Below are positions 56,601 through 64,000 of a stretch of 64,000 nucleotides of DNA, piece after piece. How positions within the stretch are numbered: position 1 is the stretch's first letter; each line of letters starts with the position of its first letter. This DNA is from Klebsiella phage VB_KpP_HS106: sequence record OP764672.1, one strand, 5' to 3'. The notes under the pieces were generated by a model. That model was not told the origin of the DNA, ran no database searches, and saw only the letters and a program-made list of their open reading frames with translations. A program made the position numbers and the translations under genes.

Positions 56601-58369
56601 GTCTGTTGAGCCAGGATAGTCTGTAACTGGTTAACAGCATCAGGATCTGCATTAGGATCGGTGCTGAGTTGATCCAGTCTTTCCTGAATAGCAGGAATAA
56701 ACTTACCAGCATCAGCAAGAGTACGTTCAGCAGTGGCCCTCTGGTTAATCATATCCAGTTTATTCTGGTGATCATTCTGAGCAGCATCCATAGCTGATTG
56801 AGCCTGAGATTGAATCTCAGCCTTCTGTTCATCAGTGGTAGCATCAGTGTTACGAGTCCACTCCATACCAGCACGACGAATTGCAGCAGCCGGGTTATAA
56901 CCTTCTGACTGAGGATTCATTAAGTCTTCTGGAGCGGTATTACGGGCAGCTTGACCTACAGGATCCTGGGTTTCAGTACGTTTCTGCATAGCCTGAGCAG
57001 CAGTATTGGCTACTTCACCAGCAGTACCAAGTGCAGCACGAGGAGCACCAAAACCAGTAGCAGCAGCAATCCCCTGGAAGAAAGCAACATCATTACCTTT
57101 GGTATCCCATTCGTTTTTACCTTTGGCATAGTTCTCCTCAATCTGGTTTTGAGCACCAGATACCAGACCTTCAGTTAAGGCGTTCTTAGCAAGGTCAACG
57201 GTAGGAGCAGCTACACGCGCAAGAGCAGCAGCAGCCGTAGAGCTGCGTGGTGCGATGCGCTGTGCTGCGTTCACCAGACGATCAGCAACTCCAGTAGGTA
57301 ATACTTTAGATCCTGGAAGCATAGCAGTACGGTTAATGACACTTTCTGCAAAGTTCAGAGCACCATCAACAACACCCAAACCAGTACCGATAGCTACATC
57401 TTTAGCTGTTGGAAGCTGACCATCAGAGGCTTTACGTTGGGTATCCAAGTACTGAGACAATACTGAACCACCCTGCATAGCAGAGGAAGCAATCATACCT
57501 GGAATACCACCAACCATATAAGGGGCAGACTCAACCATAGTCTGACCAGCAGCACCAGGGTTACGGGCAATAGCAGCTAAACCAGCAGCAAATTTATCAA
57601 GCCCTGATTTACCCTCAATTGATTTCTCAATATCAGCAGCAGCTTGCTGCATCTGAGTAGGGTTAGCCAGTTTCTCAAGATTGTCATAGCTACTCTGGTT
57701 TTGAGTCTTCTGACGTTCATTGATAGCATCCAGACGCTGACGAAGAGTCTGATTACCCATCTCTGGTACACCATATTGATTTACTTCAATAGGCTGTGTC
57801 CACCAGGCACCCTGACGATCTAACAGAGCATTATCAGCTTCAGTACCTTTACCTTCCTGAACACGACGATAAGCATCCAGTGCATCGTTAGGAATAGAAG
57901 CTTGATCCAGTACATTGCCTAGTGTTTTAAAAGTTTTATCTGTTTTACCTGCAAGACCGTTAACAGCATCAGTAAGAGCTTTGCCATAGTTAACAAAGGT
58001 AGAAGCTGCCCGATCAGTTATAGAAGATGTTTCAGGATCTAAGAAGTTGGTAGAAGACCAACCATAGTCTGAATCTTTTGCGGCTACCTGTTTAGCTAAT
58101 GCTGACTGTTCATTATTGATTCGTTTGAGTCGAGCAATTTCGCCTTCTTCCGTAGGATACATACCCTGTCCTGTGAGGTTATTCAGGATACGAGTAGAAG
58201 CATCATTCACACGTTGGGCGATAGTTGGTTGGGTAGGTGCAGGAAGTGCTTGAGCAGCTTCCTGACCTGTTACCTGTTGTGGGACAAGAAACTTGTCCAG
58301 AGGGGATGAGTTTTCACCAGCCATCTGAGAATTCCTTAATAGTATGGAGTCCTCAGATTGTAACCTCAT
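47684..58369 (-). CDS. Virion-encapsidated RNA polymerase (N4 gp50-like vRNAP, 3561 aa)
   Basis: Size. T7-like motifs: FNPQGS, motif B RSKAKTLATPFNYSAG, motif C VHDA. TAATG-coupled to the upstream gene. Confidence 0.9.
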   Translation of the reverse strand: MRLQSEDSILLRNSQMAGENSSPLDKFLVPQQVTGQEAAQALPAPTQPTIAQRVNDASTRILNNLTGQGMYPTEEGEIARLKRINNEQSALAKQVAAKDSDYGWSSTNFLDPETSSITDRAASTFVNYGKALTDAVNGLAGKTDKTFKTLGNVLDQASIPNDALDAYRRVQEGKGTEADNALLDRQGAWWTQPIEVNQYGVPEMGNQTLRQRLDAINERQKTQNQSSYDNLEKLANPTQMQQAAADIEKSIEGKSGLDKFAAGLAAIARNPGAAGQTMVESAPYMVGGIPGMIASSAMQGGSVLSQYLDTQRKASDGQLPTAKDVAIGTGLGVVDGALNFAESVINRTAMLPGSKVLPTGVADRLVNAAQRIAPRSSTAAAALARVAAPTVDLAKNALTEGLVSGAQNQIEENYAKGKNEWDTKGNDVAFFQGIAAATGFGAPRAALGTAGEVANTAAQAMQKRTETQDPVGQAARNTAPEDLMNPQSEGYNPAAAIRRAGMEWTRNTDATTDEQKAEIQSQAQSAMDAAQNDHQNKLDMINQRATAERTLADAGKFIPAIQERLDQLSTDPNADPDAVNQLQTILAQQTEARDAAQQQLDALPSQEELAQSATRSAEVLDQAKSEFGKFSSATGMNTNTAKPENPTASDIISHPMSYTNEDLQEFVRNAPINATPAELGTLRALADAKVAENAVKTGSKVNSEIFKSTSNNLSLGDYQQGINTAVQAGDTNRIQSLMTGINNFETSHTAKADIAQQYLNEAKQNGKSYQILKTSNGWELNTGKRLDAKAQAKNGGFTIHKGSTGLVNNIVNEAKAITATRQYMEGIANPSTNQNVTGSTEQVANPEAQPEGAATVAGEAGAQEQQAQPTISPLTTRDIRAMDQATLEKVMATTQQAMSSDTNPVLARNLDALDREWTRRADLATNQNRGVDAPHRKLDDSFKPKAQENEIQRSQAETATQTENAQADIDNESTGSESQQTAPVNVDDVVTNTDTLTETQQDNVANGALSIFGKVGESLKALREKALAEPKGLQNLVLTGFNQRVRPGFGSPLVAVKDFINTLKTAVDTGSFTEVNRFLKQHISESKAEGAKQKALLKQFVEFHDHITSNLDNIIRTKAPEYRYQDFAQFILDENGNFDSNTKTGIAAGIFSWLGENGDKMFLNQGEVAKTLRIKEDQLTPQAMSRMADIGYRQDLIMSQLGQRIYQAMGFAKRADVDPNRASKLQNALGAYALHAMYSNGYMEQSLMTAKEYFDLQIMGLDEQSAKEAAQAFQNDFGVSPNDAKHKIVFSRPARNFDAEGKPVAIEAISDIKNGMKDTRSLMSKLFGYDPAVREVLTTKPAGFKQKVFGKMNREVPSVLAARISKAMQYDYTIDQGVVSAMQTMSTVDNAALQHIFGVRTDADVPNEMEIFKKGREAKNADIQRSIEMGMDFAARTGNKPFWMPMEVWTNQRIGDLASEFNPQGSKVHRAMGGLSAHQVDIKVEPNAAVLDAEGKPTQYGLFLVSLAQGMEEAPVIGADGKKLKSVDKQTYATFLPAFQNYLRKPENIKAVRAMQKVIAGSATTADTNVIKNAVAEYGMNGQSFAALHNLAQYATALESGKSSVKLLAQMESDGVTNGPILTNILNGSADFDLLKRGGIYREGDNITNMPTYRELGGQDYYELLGDAMRQHWADYKTNAPASQQGQIQALEYFSTGYGARSKAKTLATPFNYSAGIPALKAAMGRATVEDVYSKIGSLIPLAKSNNKADFAKAYAEVSKNLSVLLGQKVNLPRTADGLVKFSLNPAQTKRIIDVDSQTRGSATETAVNEVAADFIASRDANTSLVNTTFTLANLRYNAAKAALLKKRIAEGKIPVDAKGAPLEGLTQVDLDTLSNMIPNMPSATGVLSENTKASGYPMAKVEKAFTAKSPATSIDIYFKEAANPKPAMDANGMLLSQGLVGGYKSTQSTVTETKLTNPGVAMGANVTQGTDAAISSDVISKIESQNVHDANILSPDNVLKGARIQNKAMFDAVVSYHPQHLAAAALLTEVRSLADANLSTNDKVAAKKALDAMKTKILGKEFKGNMKAALNTILNQAYDRDIKKLETLSEVYAVNQYGTEGGEYLITDADRKKIGDEIARLKRSRATGLQRISDMFSKGNAPKAEASQYPDKMRQYLYEASASTGSVSASEVMARTKGKFANPVYNELHNLISGLIPADAVVNVLDGQTMPKNVKGQSLPQNRDAIAWSYQDKNTAQVNLSLSKEASPEVLLHEMTHIALGRAIATADSNPKVKAVLARTEKLMGRVTKLVSADPQLTQQFAPALANVDEFISWGMTNPEFQRYLDTITGVPEISGRNRGWLGTAFKQFVDQMSGIFAAVTGRAVNARVTTALEALTFDTAHLVQAINPAAIQSPVSSISHPMSNTNSAADQVAKFSHVDIFDNLASTGGKTNSAQFTGNLRNVISTVADQLYGALGSRVTQNANENYTPGQVWNEAVATGKAPVSTEALSNGFVLTNQEAFAVEAIETAVSESLASGFTSPVNREIRRTWQAAKQSLKPEDFHNGNWNQATQAEKRAAQQKWNYLFDVTNDSGESQHLSRFVAMAIGHEDTSNLLGFQMEDGKDSGNTAFEQATAYFNQAVNTVSGMLTNTHQGQAANARAQALAEKLIQIELKNRDTTMNILTGGIDKVENALDTAAAKSKQFLGKIVKATGIDQSSNNALNAMGKVAGLAARDQLGNLKETIKEFRDFNAPNTPEGSLASILTEATNADDVRALHESLLRSTKRIEQDRATLAAVTAKNLNEMFDNNGQDLNKEDRTAMTYSLLRTDLQSVLHIEGMNLNNLHKLVSNTGYRKQQINKLEKTISQYANGNDKIIRAKALGFWMATGRNTLGRDLVLNAKAIATGAATHYSTVGIEPTLDEVNAIDALASMYALSYTKTENRVRTAAVMERELARGKDNGIKMLMATYANLIEDSANTLFAGNQLSRIKGYLPEDTNPHHDLRAVESGSADEAALVNMGYQKVSPLSQDSLSKHSGRVLYVTKENGYQRTVSGTFSLTGSQRKGSSLSGDRAVADRVRADELEQLRQASYADVRGREALSHTAFDPSQVQDNYVVPVLSTDGHIMDFRYMATHNTRDTFLDRNNDFADLVGRLAGQNIDKGDAPSQNAKILEALHEDSTANILKNPNAYFEIGPDAPSERGREIWAMMPYEARIKAASLWGSDRMYIRNDLVNLTFGFRKYSLANILDADPEQRNIAQGVAAGLLEAAFGDKAKAYVIKGERGIQEFMQTYKDVIVIRNLKTQFSNIMSNTALLAAYGVNPVRMVKDIRTALVAGIDYRKQYSLLLKYQQQQRAGIGNFAQMESLINETQDRLNANPLAKFIQAGMMPTIVEDVQPDADGYTYGSKIRKKFNEVSAHLPASAVTAARWAVIDKGTAPHKFLSDAAQFSDFAAKYALYKHLTEHARDRLSHTEALQRASDAFVNYDIPATATRQYLDDMGITMFTKYRIRIQRAMFYLMDKRPASVMAHMAITGQFSAAPDAMEPLFARNLGNPFSTSVLQGSSILTIPMPWNLFRMAN

Positions 58370-59445
58370 TACTGCTGTAAAAGTAAGGGCAGAAGCAGCT
58401 TATTTAAACGATCCCTTTGCTCTTGCATAACAGATTGCTGATCTTTTGCATCCTCTGCTTGCCGTGAAGTAATCTTCAGGGTATTTAAACGCTTCGTTGC
58501 ATCAGTCAGATACTTTGTAGCAGCATTTACAGTAGAAGTATCTCCCTTATCATCACGAGATCTTTCATTAGCAAGAGCACCATCAAGGATATTCATCTGT
58601 TGTTGTGGGTTGAGTGCTTTAAAAGCTGGCTGATCCTTTAAAGCATTAAAGATTCTATTAGAATCCCCATCTCTGCCCCAACTGCTAAACCAGGCATCAT
58701 TATTAGCATCAGCCCACCCAGAAACATTAAGCTTAGGGTTGTTTAAAGGATCCATAGCAACACGTTGTTGAGCATCCTGAGCATTAGCCTGTAAATCCCT
58801 GGCTTCAGACTTCCCCTGAATAACATTGCCCGTGTTAAGTAAACCAGGCAAAGCTTTCAGTAATGAATTACTTTGAGCTGCCCTTGCCTTAGCTGCTGCC
58901 TGAGTTGCAGCAAACTGAGCTTGACGCTGTGCCAGTTCAGACCGTTGAAGATTCAACTGCTGGTTTTTGATATCCCAATCAGAGGCAAACTTCAAAGCAT
59001 CTGAAGCATCACCCTGGAATTGTGACAAAATACCTTTAGCTGCATTCTGATCACCAGACATAACAGCTTGCATATAAGCACCCATTAATGGTGCATCATG
59101 CTGTGCAGTTTGAAGCTGGTTGAGCTTCATCTGGTTAGTTTGACGGCCTAACAAAGTATCTGGCATGGTTGCTGCCACTTCAGATACACGAGTGGGATCA
59201 ATGTCCCCTTGCCATACCAACTGTGCTACTTGCTGTTGACGTTGGGCCAGATCATTAGCATCTGTAGCCCCGGTGAGTAGTCCTACAGCCTGAGCTGTAT
59301 TACGACGTACTACCTCATCACGATACTGCCCCAGAGTGCCTTGCAGCCCCTGGAGAGCATTACCAATCTGCTGGTTTGCTGCCAGCAGTAATTGGTTAGA
59401 ACCAGCAAAGTTAGGTGCAGCAATTTGTTGCAGTCTAATAGCCAT
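58369..59445 (-). CDS. Virion protein (Gln/Ala/Asn-rich), N4 gp51 positional counterpart
   Basis: Synteny with the N4 late operon. Confidence 0.45.
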   Translation of the reverse strand: MAIRLQQIAAPNFAGSNQLLLAANQQIGNALQGLQGTLGQYRDEVVRRNTAQAVGLLTGATDANDLAQRQQQVAQLVWQGDIDPTRVSEVAATMPDTLLGRQTNQMKLNQLQTAQHDAPLMGAYMQAVMSGDQNAAKGILSQFQGDASDALKFASDWDIKNQQLNLQRSELAQRQAQFAATQAAAKARAAQSNSLLKALPGLLNTGNVIQGKSEARDLQANAQDAQQRVAMDPLNNPKLNVSGWADANNDAWFSSWGRDGDSNRIFNALKDQPAFKALNPQQQMNILDGALANERSRDDKGDTSTVNAATKYLTDATKRLNTLKITSRQAEDAKDQQSVMQEQRDRLNKLLLPLLLQQ

Positions 59446-59448
59446 GGT

Positions 59449-59874
59449 TTAGATCCCATATTTTTTCATATAGTCATCAACAGACTGATATGCATTAGGG
59501 TTACTGGCAACACGAGCAGCCTGACGATCTGCCAGAGAAGCATTGGTTAGCTTCTTATTGGCATCCCATTGTTTGTTAAACTGATCAAGCTGAGACTGGT
59601 ATTGCTTCTTGGCAAGACTCAGATTCTGGAAACCAAGGTAACCATTAAGCAAACTGGTTACACCACCCAGACCAAGCTGGCCCATCTGCAAACCAGACAT
59701 ATCGCCAGTACCACCCAGGATGCTATCCAGGAAGCTACCTGAACCACCTGAGCCAGTAAGGGAGGTATTGTTAAAAGTATTTGCTGAGTTGGTAAAACCA
59801 GTGCTCAGGGAATCCAGGGATGAGGACATAGACCCCTGATCCCACAGACTTGGATACATCGATAATCCAGCCAT
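59449..59874 (-). CDS. Small Gly/Ser-rich virion protein, N4 gp52 positional counterpart
   Basis: Synteny and composition. Confidence 0.4.
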   Translation of the reverse strand: MAGLSMYPSLWDQGSMSSSLDSLSTGFTNSANTFNNTSLTGSGGSGSFLDSILGGTGDMSGLQMGQLGLGGVTSLLNGYLGFQNLSLAKKQYQSQLDQFNKQWDANKKLTNASLADRQAARVASNPNAYQSVDDYMKKYGI

Positions 59875-59882
59875 TAGTCACC

Positions 59883-62597
59883 TCACATAAGTGGATTAAG
59901 TTCATCATCTGGAACAGTATACAGTTTTTGCTGCATAAACTGCATGATCTCTACAGAGGATGGTAAAGACAATGCCTGACTCAAGTACATATCAGGTAAC
60001 TGCAAAGCCAGTGCTCCAATGTTTGTATTCAAAGTACGGGCTATCATCTGATCAGCTGTTTCACCTAAGTTAACATAACCATTTGTAGCCTGGAGGAATA
60101 TCCAGTCAGATATAGTATTAGAACCCTGGTTTAACTCATCTTGAGCTTGCTGGAGTACTTCCTGTTTTTCTTCCAACTCTTTCTGAAGAGATCCCATTTT
60201 CTGTTGCATAGCTATCTGCTGACCTTTCATGGAAGCATCAGAGGCTTTAAATGCAATGTTAGAAATCTGCATTAGGTTTTTAGCAGTTAAGCTGAATGGC
60301 CCTGTAGTGCCAGAAAAATAAACATAACCACCATATACAGCAGCCACCACAGCCACCACAGTAGCCAGTATAGAAGCCCAGCTACCAAGCTTACTAAAGA
60401 CGTACTTACTCAGTAATGAGAAGGCTATCATCGTACCTGCGGCTGTGGCTACAGCAGTTAATGCACCAATTAAAGATAATGATGCACCCCCTGTCCACCA
60501 GGATACAGCCACAGCTATTACAACAGTCACTGCCTGAAATAGACCAGTCTGATACCATTTGGTTTTAACTGTGTACTCAGTACAGATTAATACTTGCAGA
60601 GCACGCGCATATAAAGTTTCACGGTCATGGGCAGAGAACAGTTTTCTAAATGCATGATCCAAAGGAACCATTAGCTGATCATGTTCATGACCTCGGGTTA
60701 TCTTGCTACCGCCCACACGAACGCTATGAGTTAACTCATATACCCTTACCTCTTCGTACTCGGTATCTGAGGTCTGGAGTTTGTAGAAATGGTAGGTCAT
60801 GGACTTAGTGCCATAAGTACCATCAGAATTTTTAGTGGGGATCACACCATCTTCTGCATAACCAGAAGTAACACTACCTTTGGGGCCAATAGAACCTGTG
60901 ATCTTGGCATAGCCAAGTAAGTCCATATTGTTGTAAGTAGCAATCTCAGTATCTTCAGATTTAACCATAGCACCAAGATGCATCTCATAGGTGTCTAAGT
61001 CTGAAGTGGGCACATCCTCAGATCCCCCAGTATTTCCTGAGTTGTCCCACATAGCCTCTGTATACTCAGGACGGATATTGCAAAGGGTATAGAAGTAATT
61101 AAATAGGTACTCCTGCTCTATAGCATTTTCAGTATTAGCAGGCACTTGCAAGATTAAAAGTACATCCCTGACTTTACTCAGTGAACTGAGACTTTCATAA
61201 ATCTGATCACCAACTTCAAGCCAGTTAAGCCCTAACTTTTTGCAGATTTTAACAGAAGTTTTATAGGCTTCCGTATCCTGGTAATCATCAGAGATTAAAC
61301 GCTTACCACCAAGTCTGTAGTAGATACGGGGGAAATGTTGACCAAAATCAGCTACTGTCGTACCTGTGATACCGTCCAGATCAGGATAAGAACCTGAACC
61401 ATACTGATAAGTGAAATACCCAATATGGGTAGTAGAACCATCAATCCACTGATAACAAACCATAAAATAGTCAGGACTATCATCGGTATCCTCCCCACTA
61501 GGATCTAACACAGCATTAGGGTCATAGTCCCCTGAGTCACTATCATCAAGTACAGTATCTGTATCAATGTCTTCATCTGCTGGGTTGTAGTCATAGATAC
61601 CAAAACCAGCATTGAAAAAAGCAATGACATTAACATTCACTGTTTTAGTTGTGATATGCCGAGATACTTCAGTCTCTACTATCGTGATTACACCCGTATC
61701 AGGATCGGTAGTTTCAGTGGTTTGAGTAGGGTCAGTCTGATCAGTCTCATTGGTAGAAGTTCCCACATCTACTGAGCTAATCACATCAGAAGGTAAGGTA
61801 AAACCGTTCCAGTCTGTAGTGTTGTTGGTGGTGTCTGAGGACTCTTCAGTAACTACATCATCGTATCCACCGGAGCCATTCGGGGTACGTACAGTGGTAG
61901 TTACCTTAGTGGTTTCTACGGTGGTAATTCGCTTAACCCCAGCAAAGCTAAAAGCATACTCAACACGGATATAATTGGAACCAGTAGAGCTAACCTCATC
62001 TGGTGTATCTACTCTGGTTAAGTCCTGCACCCTTGTAGGAGTGTAACCACTCTGGGGTGAGTATCCCCAATGCTGAAACATTACATCTTCAGCTCTTTCA
62101 CTGGTTTCAGGGGTGATAAAGTTAATAGCATTATGGAGATAGCAAGGAGTACCCAAAGCTGAGGATCGATCAGATAACTCATTAGACGTTGGGTTATAAC
62201 CTTGAGTAGAAATTAGCTGTTGCCACATAGCATGTCTGAAATTACCAGGCACAAACTGGCTATAAACATAGGTCAGATTTGATTGTCCTGTGAGAGTAAC
62301 CAGAACATCATTTAAGGACTCTGCCCCAGTAAAATCAGTAACAGCTACTGTAGATATGGTGGGTAAACCATAAGTGTACTTGCCTTTTGCTGCCCAACGA
62401 TAAGCAGCATCCCACTTAACATTGTTAGCAGACCACCCATACTCCAGCATCAGATCAGTTAATGATTTGGTGTTATCTTCGTCCAATACATAGGTAGTAA
62501 TAGCCTGCCCAATCACATCAGGTAAGTAGTCATCATTTATTAAACGGGAGTATGAAAAATCCCTGTATGTCTTTTTCTTGCCGCTAAAAAGTCCCAT
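59883..62597 (-). CDS. Large virion protein with a hydrophobic TM cluster and Thr/Asp-rich region (N4 gp53 position); possible ejection/internal protein
   Basis: Segment VTVVIAVAVSWWTGGASLSLIGALTAVATAAGTMIAF. Synteny. Confidence 0.45.
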   Translation of the reverse strand: MGLFSGKKKTYRDFSYSRLINDDYLPDVIGQAITTYVLDEDNTKSLTDLMLEYGWSANNVKWDAAYRWAAKGKYTYGLPTISTVAVTDFTGAESLNDVLVTLTGQSNLTYVYSQFVPGNFRHAMWQQLISTQGYNPTSNELSDRSSALGTPCYLHNAINFITPETSERAEDVMFQHWGYSPQSGYTPTRVQDLTRVDTPDEVSSTGSNYIRVEYAFSFAGVKRITTVETTKVTTTVRTPNGSGGYDDVVTEESSDTTNNTTDWNGFTLPSDVISSVDVGTSTNETDQTDPTQTTETTDPDTGVITIVETEVSRHITTKTVNVNVIAFFNAGFGIYDYNPADEDIDTDTVLDDSDSGDYDPNAVLDPSGEDTDDSPDYFMVCYQWIDGSTTHIGYFTYQYGSGSYPDLDGITGTTVADFGQHFPRIYYRLGGKRLISDDYQDTEAYKTSVKICKKLGLNWLEVGDQIYESLSSLSKVRDVLLILQVPANTENAIEQEYLFNYFYTLCNIRPEYTEAMWDNSGNTGGSEDVPTSDLDTYEMHLGAMVKSEDTEIATYNNMDLLGYAKITGSIGPKGSVTSGYAEDGVIPTKNSDGTYGTKSMTYHFYKLQTSDTEYEEVRVYELTHSVRVGGSKITRGHEHDQLMVPLDHAFRKLFSAHDRETLYARALQVLICTEYTVKTKWYQTGLFQAVTVVIAVAVSWWTGGASLSLIGALTAVATAAGTMIAFSLLSKYVFSKLGSWASILATVVAVVAAVYGGYVYFSGTTGPFSLTAKNLMQISNIAFKASDASMKGQQIAMQQKMGSLQKELEEKQEVLQQAQDELNQGSNTISDWIFLQATNGYVNLGETADQMIARTLNTNIGALALQLPDMYLSQALSLPSSVEIMQFMQQKLYTVPDDELNPLM

Positions 62598-62653
62598 GGT
62601 GACCTCATAAAAAAGAAGGGAGCACTAGGCTCCCTTTATGATATATCAGACTC

Positions 62654-63472
62654 TTAGGAAGGGGTAACAGTTACATCAATACCTGCTAAGAGTTTCTGGA
62701 TAGCTTTACCTACAGTAGCATCATCCAGCAGGTTAGTACTGTTGGCCGAGGTATCCTCGTCAGTCTGTCTACGCACGTTCCAGGTGTTTGACATAATCTG
62801 AGCAGCTTGCTGTTCAGCATTACGCTTATACCCATCTTTCTGTGCATTCATCAGTTCGACTTGAACATCGATAACAGAACCAGAACCAATGACAGTTGAG
62901 TCAGTCTGAGCTTTTTCAGTAATAGTTTTCTGAGCATAGTATTCAGTCTGTGCCTTCGCTTGTTCCACCTGCTCACGTAAGAGAGCAAGCTGTTCCCTCT
63001 GAACATCAATCTGGGCTTCCAATAGCTCAATTTGTTTATTGGCTTGCTCCAGTTGAGCTGGGTACAGGGAATTCAGTTGATAGTCTTTAAGCTCAGTATC
63101 TTTAGTGATGTTAGCCGTCTGAGCCTGGATCTGCTCAATCTCATACGGCGTTTTCTGCATCTGGTCATGGATCTGATCAATCTGAGCTTGGGTAAGATCA
63201 CTCTGCAATTCAAGCTGCTTAAACTCCAAAGCCTGGCGTTCTTTAGCCAAGAGAAATGAGATAGCAGCTTGCAGAGTAGAATCATAAGTTGCTGCATAGG
63301 TCTGCCCATAGGTAGGGCCAGTAATGCGGTTCTTCTCAAACTGTTCATTAAGTTGAACACGCATTGTTTGCAGCAGCTTATCCCAGACACCAGTACCTTT
63401 AAGATCAATAGTAGTAAGATCTGTGATATCCAGATCAGGAGCTACTACTGTATCAATGGTAATGTTAGTCAT
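62654..63472 (-). CDS. Coiled-coil virion/assembly protein (N4 gp54 position)
   Basis: Gln/Glu/Leu heptad-rich sequence. Synteny. Confidence 0.4.
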   Translation of the reverse strand: MTNITIDTVVAPDLDITDLTTIDLKGTGVWDKLLQTMRVQLNEQFEKNRITGPTYGQTYAATYDSTLQAAISFLLAKERQALEFKQLELQSDLTQAQIDQIHDQMQKTPYEIEQIQAQTANITKDTELKDYQLNSLYPAQLEQANKQIELLEAQIDVQREQLALLREQVEQAKAQTEYYAQKTITEKAQTDSTVIGSGSVIDVQVELMNAQKDGYKRNAEQQAAQIMSNTWNVRRQTDEDTSANSTNLLDDATVGKAIQKLLAGIDVTVTPS

Positions 63473-63481
63473 GGTTTATCC

Positions 63482-63964
63482 TTAGTCGTCCAGAGCACCA
63501 CGTTGCAGCTGACTAAGCGCCAGTTCATCCAGCTCTGCTTGGGTCAGTGGAGGCAGCTCAGTAATGGTATAGGCTGGAATAGATTTAGACACTCGAATAG
63601 TAGTGCCATATTTACCAGGTTTAGAAGCGAAGATCTGAACCTGTTTTTCACGCAGCATGTTTACCATGATACGAGGTAAATGGAATGGTTTATCAGGTTG
63701 GTTATATGGAACCAGTTTACGAATCTGGACACCAGCACCGTTGGATACACCCAACCATTCACCAGGCCACTCACGTTTATTTGGGTCATTACAGACGATC
63801 AGACAACGAACCAGAGCCATAGCTTCTTTATGCTTACGCTGGCGACGTTGTTCTTTGGTTTCCCCTTTAACAGGGCGTTCTTTTTCTTGAGGTTCCTGCC
63901 CTTCCATAACTTCTGCAATACGTGCAGCCAGTTTTTCAGAGCTGATATTAGGGTGGAAATCCAC
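63482..63964 (-). CDS. Hypothetical late protein (basic N-terminal region)
   Basis: ORF. Synteny with the late operon. Confidence 0.4.
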   Translation of the reverse strand: MDFHPNISSEKLAARIAEVMEGQEPQEKERPVKGETKEQRRQRKHKEAMALVRCLIVCNDPNKREWPGEWLGVSNGAGVQIRKLVPYNQPDKPFHLPRIMVNMLREKQVQIFASKPGKYGTTIRVSKSIPAYTITELPPLTQAELDELALSQLQRGALDD

Positions 63965-64000
63965 ACCTAGTTGGTTAGCTTGAGCTTCCAGTAATTCACG

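Noticed and set aside
48011-57178. Numerous 60-240-aa ORFs on the + strand within the vRNAP coding region
   Set aside because: They are shadow ORFs of the 3561-aa minus-strand gene. Their compositions are skewed (Leu/Ser/Ile-rich) and no starts carry an RBS.
1-64000. Prophage/integrative element or CRISPR array
   Set aside because: No integrase, att-like flanks or host genes are present. No regularly spaced direct repeats occur. Gene content is that of a virulent N4-like phage.

Overview
This window is the left ~64 kb of an N4-like (Schitoviridae) lytic podophage genome; no host DNA or integrase is evident. Two hallmarks support the call. The first is a giant virion RNA polymerase gene on the minus strand (47684..58369, 3561 aa) carrying T7-RNAP-like motifs (FNPQGS, RSxAK..Y.AG, HDA). 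The second is a T7-like RNA polymerase split into two adjacent ORFs (6528..7535 and 7553..8827), as in N4 RNAPII. Layout runs left to right. A G-poor non-coding left end (1..552) leads into a long early region of tightly packed, start/stop-overlapping small ORFs. These include two paralog families: six tandem ~70-aa ORFs, and nine members carrying a ribosomal L7/L12 C-terminal-like motif. Next come the RNAPII genes, then a plus-strand middle region: HNH endonuclease, MoxR-type AAA ATPase, vWA/HExxH protein, Dda/RecD-like helicase, rIIA-like GHKL ATPase, rIIB-like protein, family-A DNA polymerase, HAD phosphatase and Dam methylase. An inverted minus-strand module follows, holding an Ig-like protein, overlapped Rz/Rz1 spanins, a holin-like ORF, a lambda-R-like endolysin, a pectate-lyase-fold tailspike and tail fibres. 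A second plus-strand replication block then carries ThyX, RNR beta and alpha, a Cas4-like nuclease, a primase/P-loop protein, an AAA ATPase, a second HNH, SSB, a RuvC-like resolvase and an acidic DPF-repeat protein. Finally, the minus-strand late structural genes lie upstream of and including vRNAP, by position the N4 gp51-gp55 counterparts (by position only); capsid, portal and terminase presumably lie beyond the window. A conserved AAGCCC...GGGCTT stem is reused in almost every intrinsic terminator, and a second class of CCC-NNN-GGG 3-nt-loop hairpins are candidate vRNAP promoters. All functional calls rest on motifs read directly from the translations; no database search was possible.
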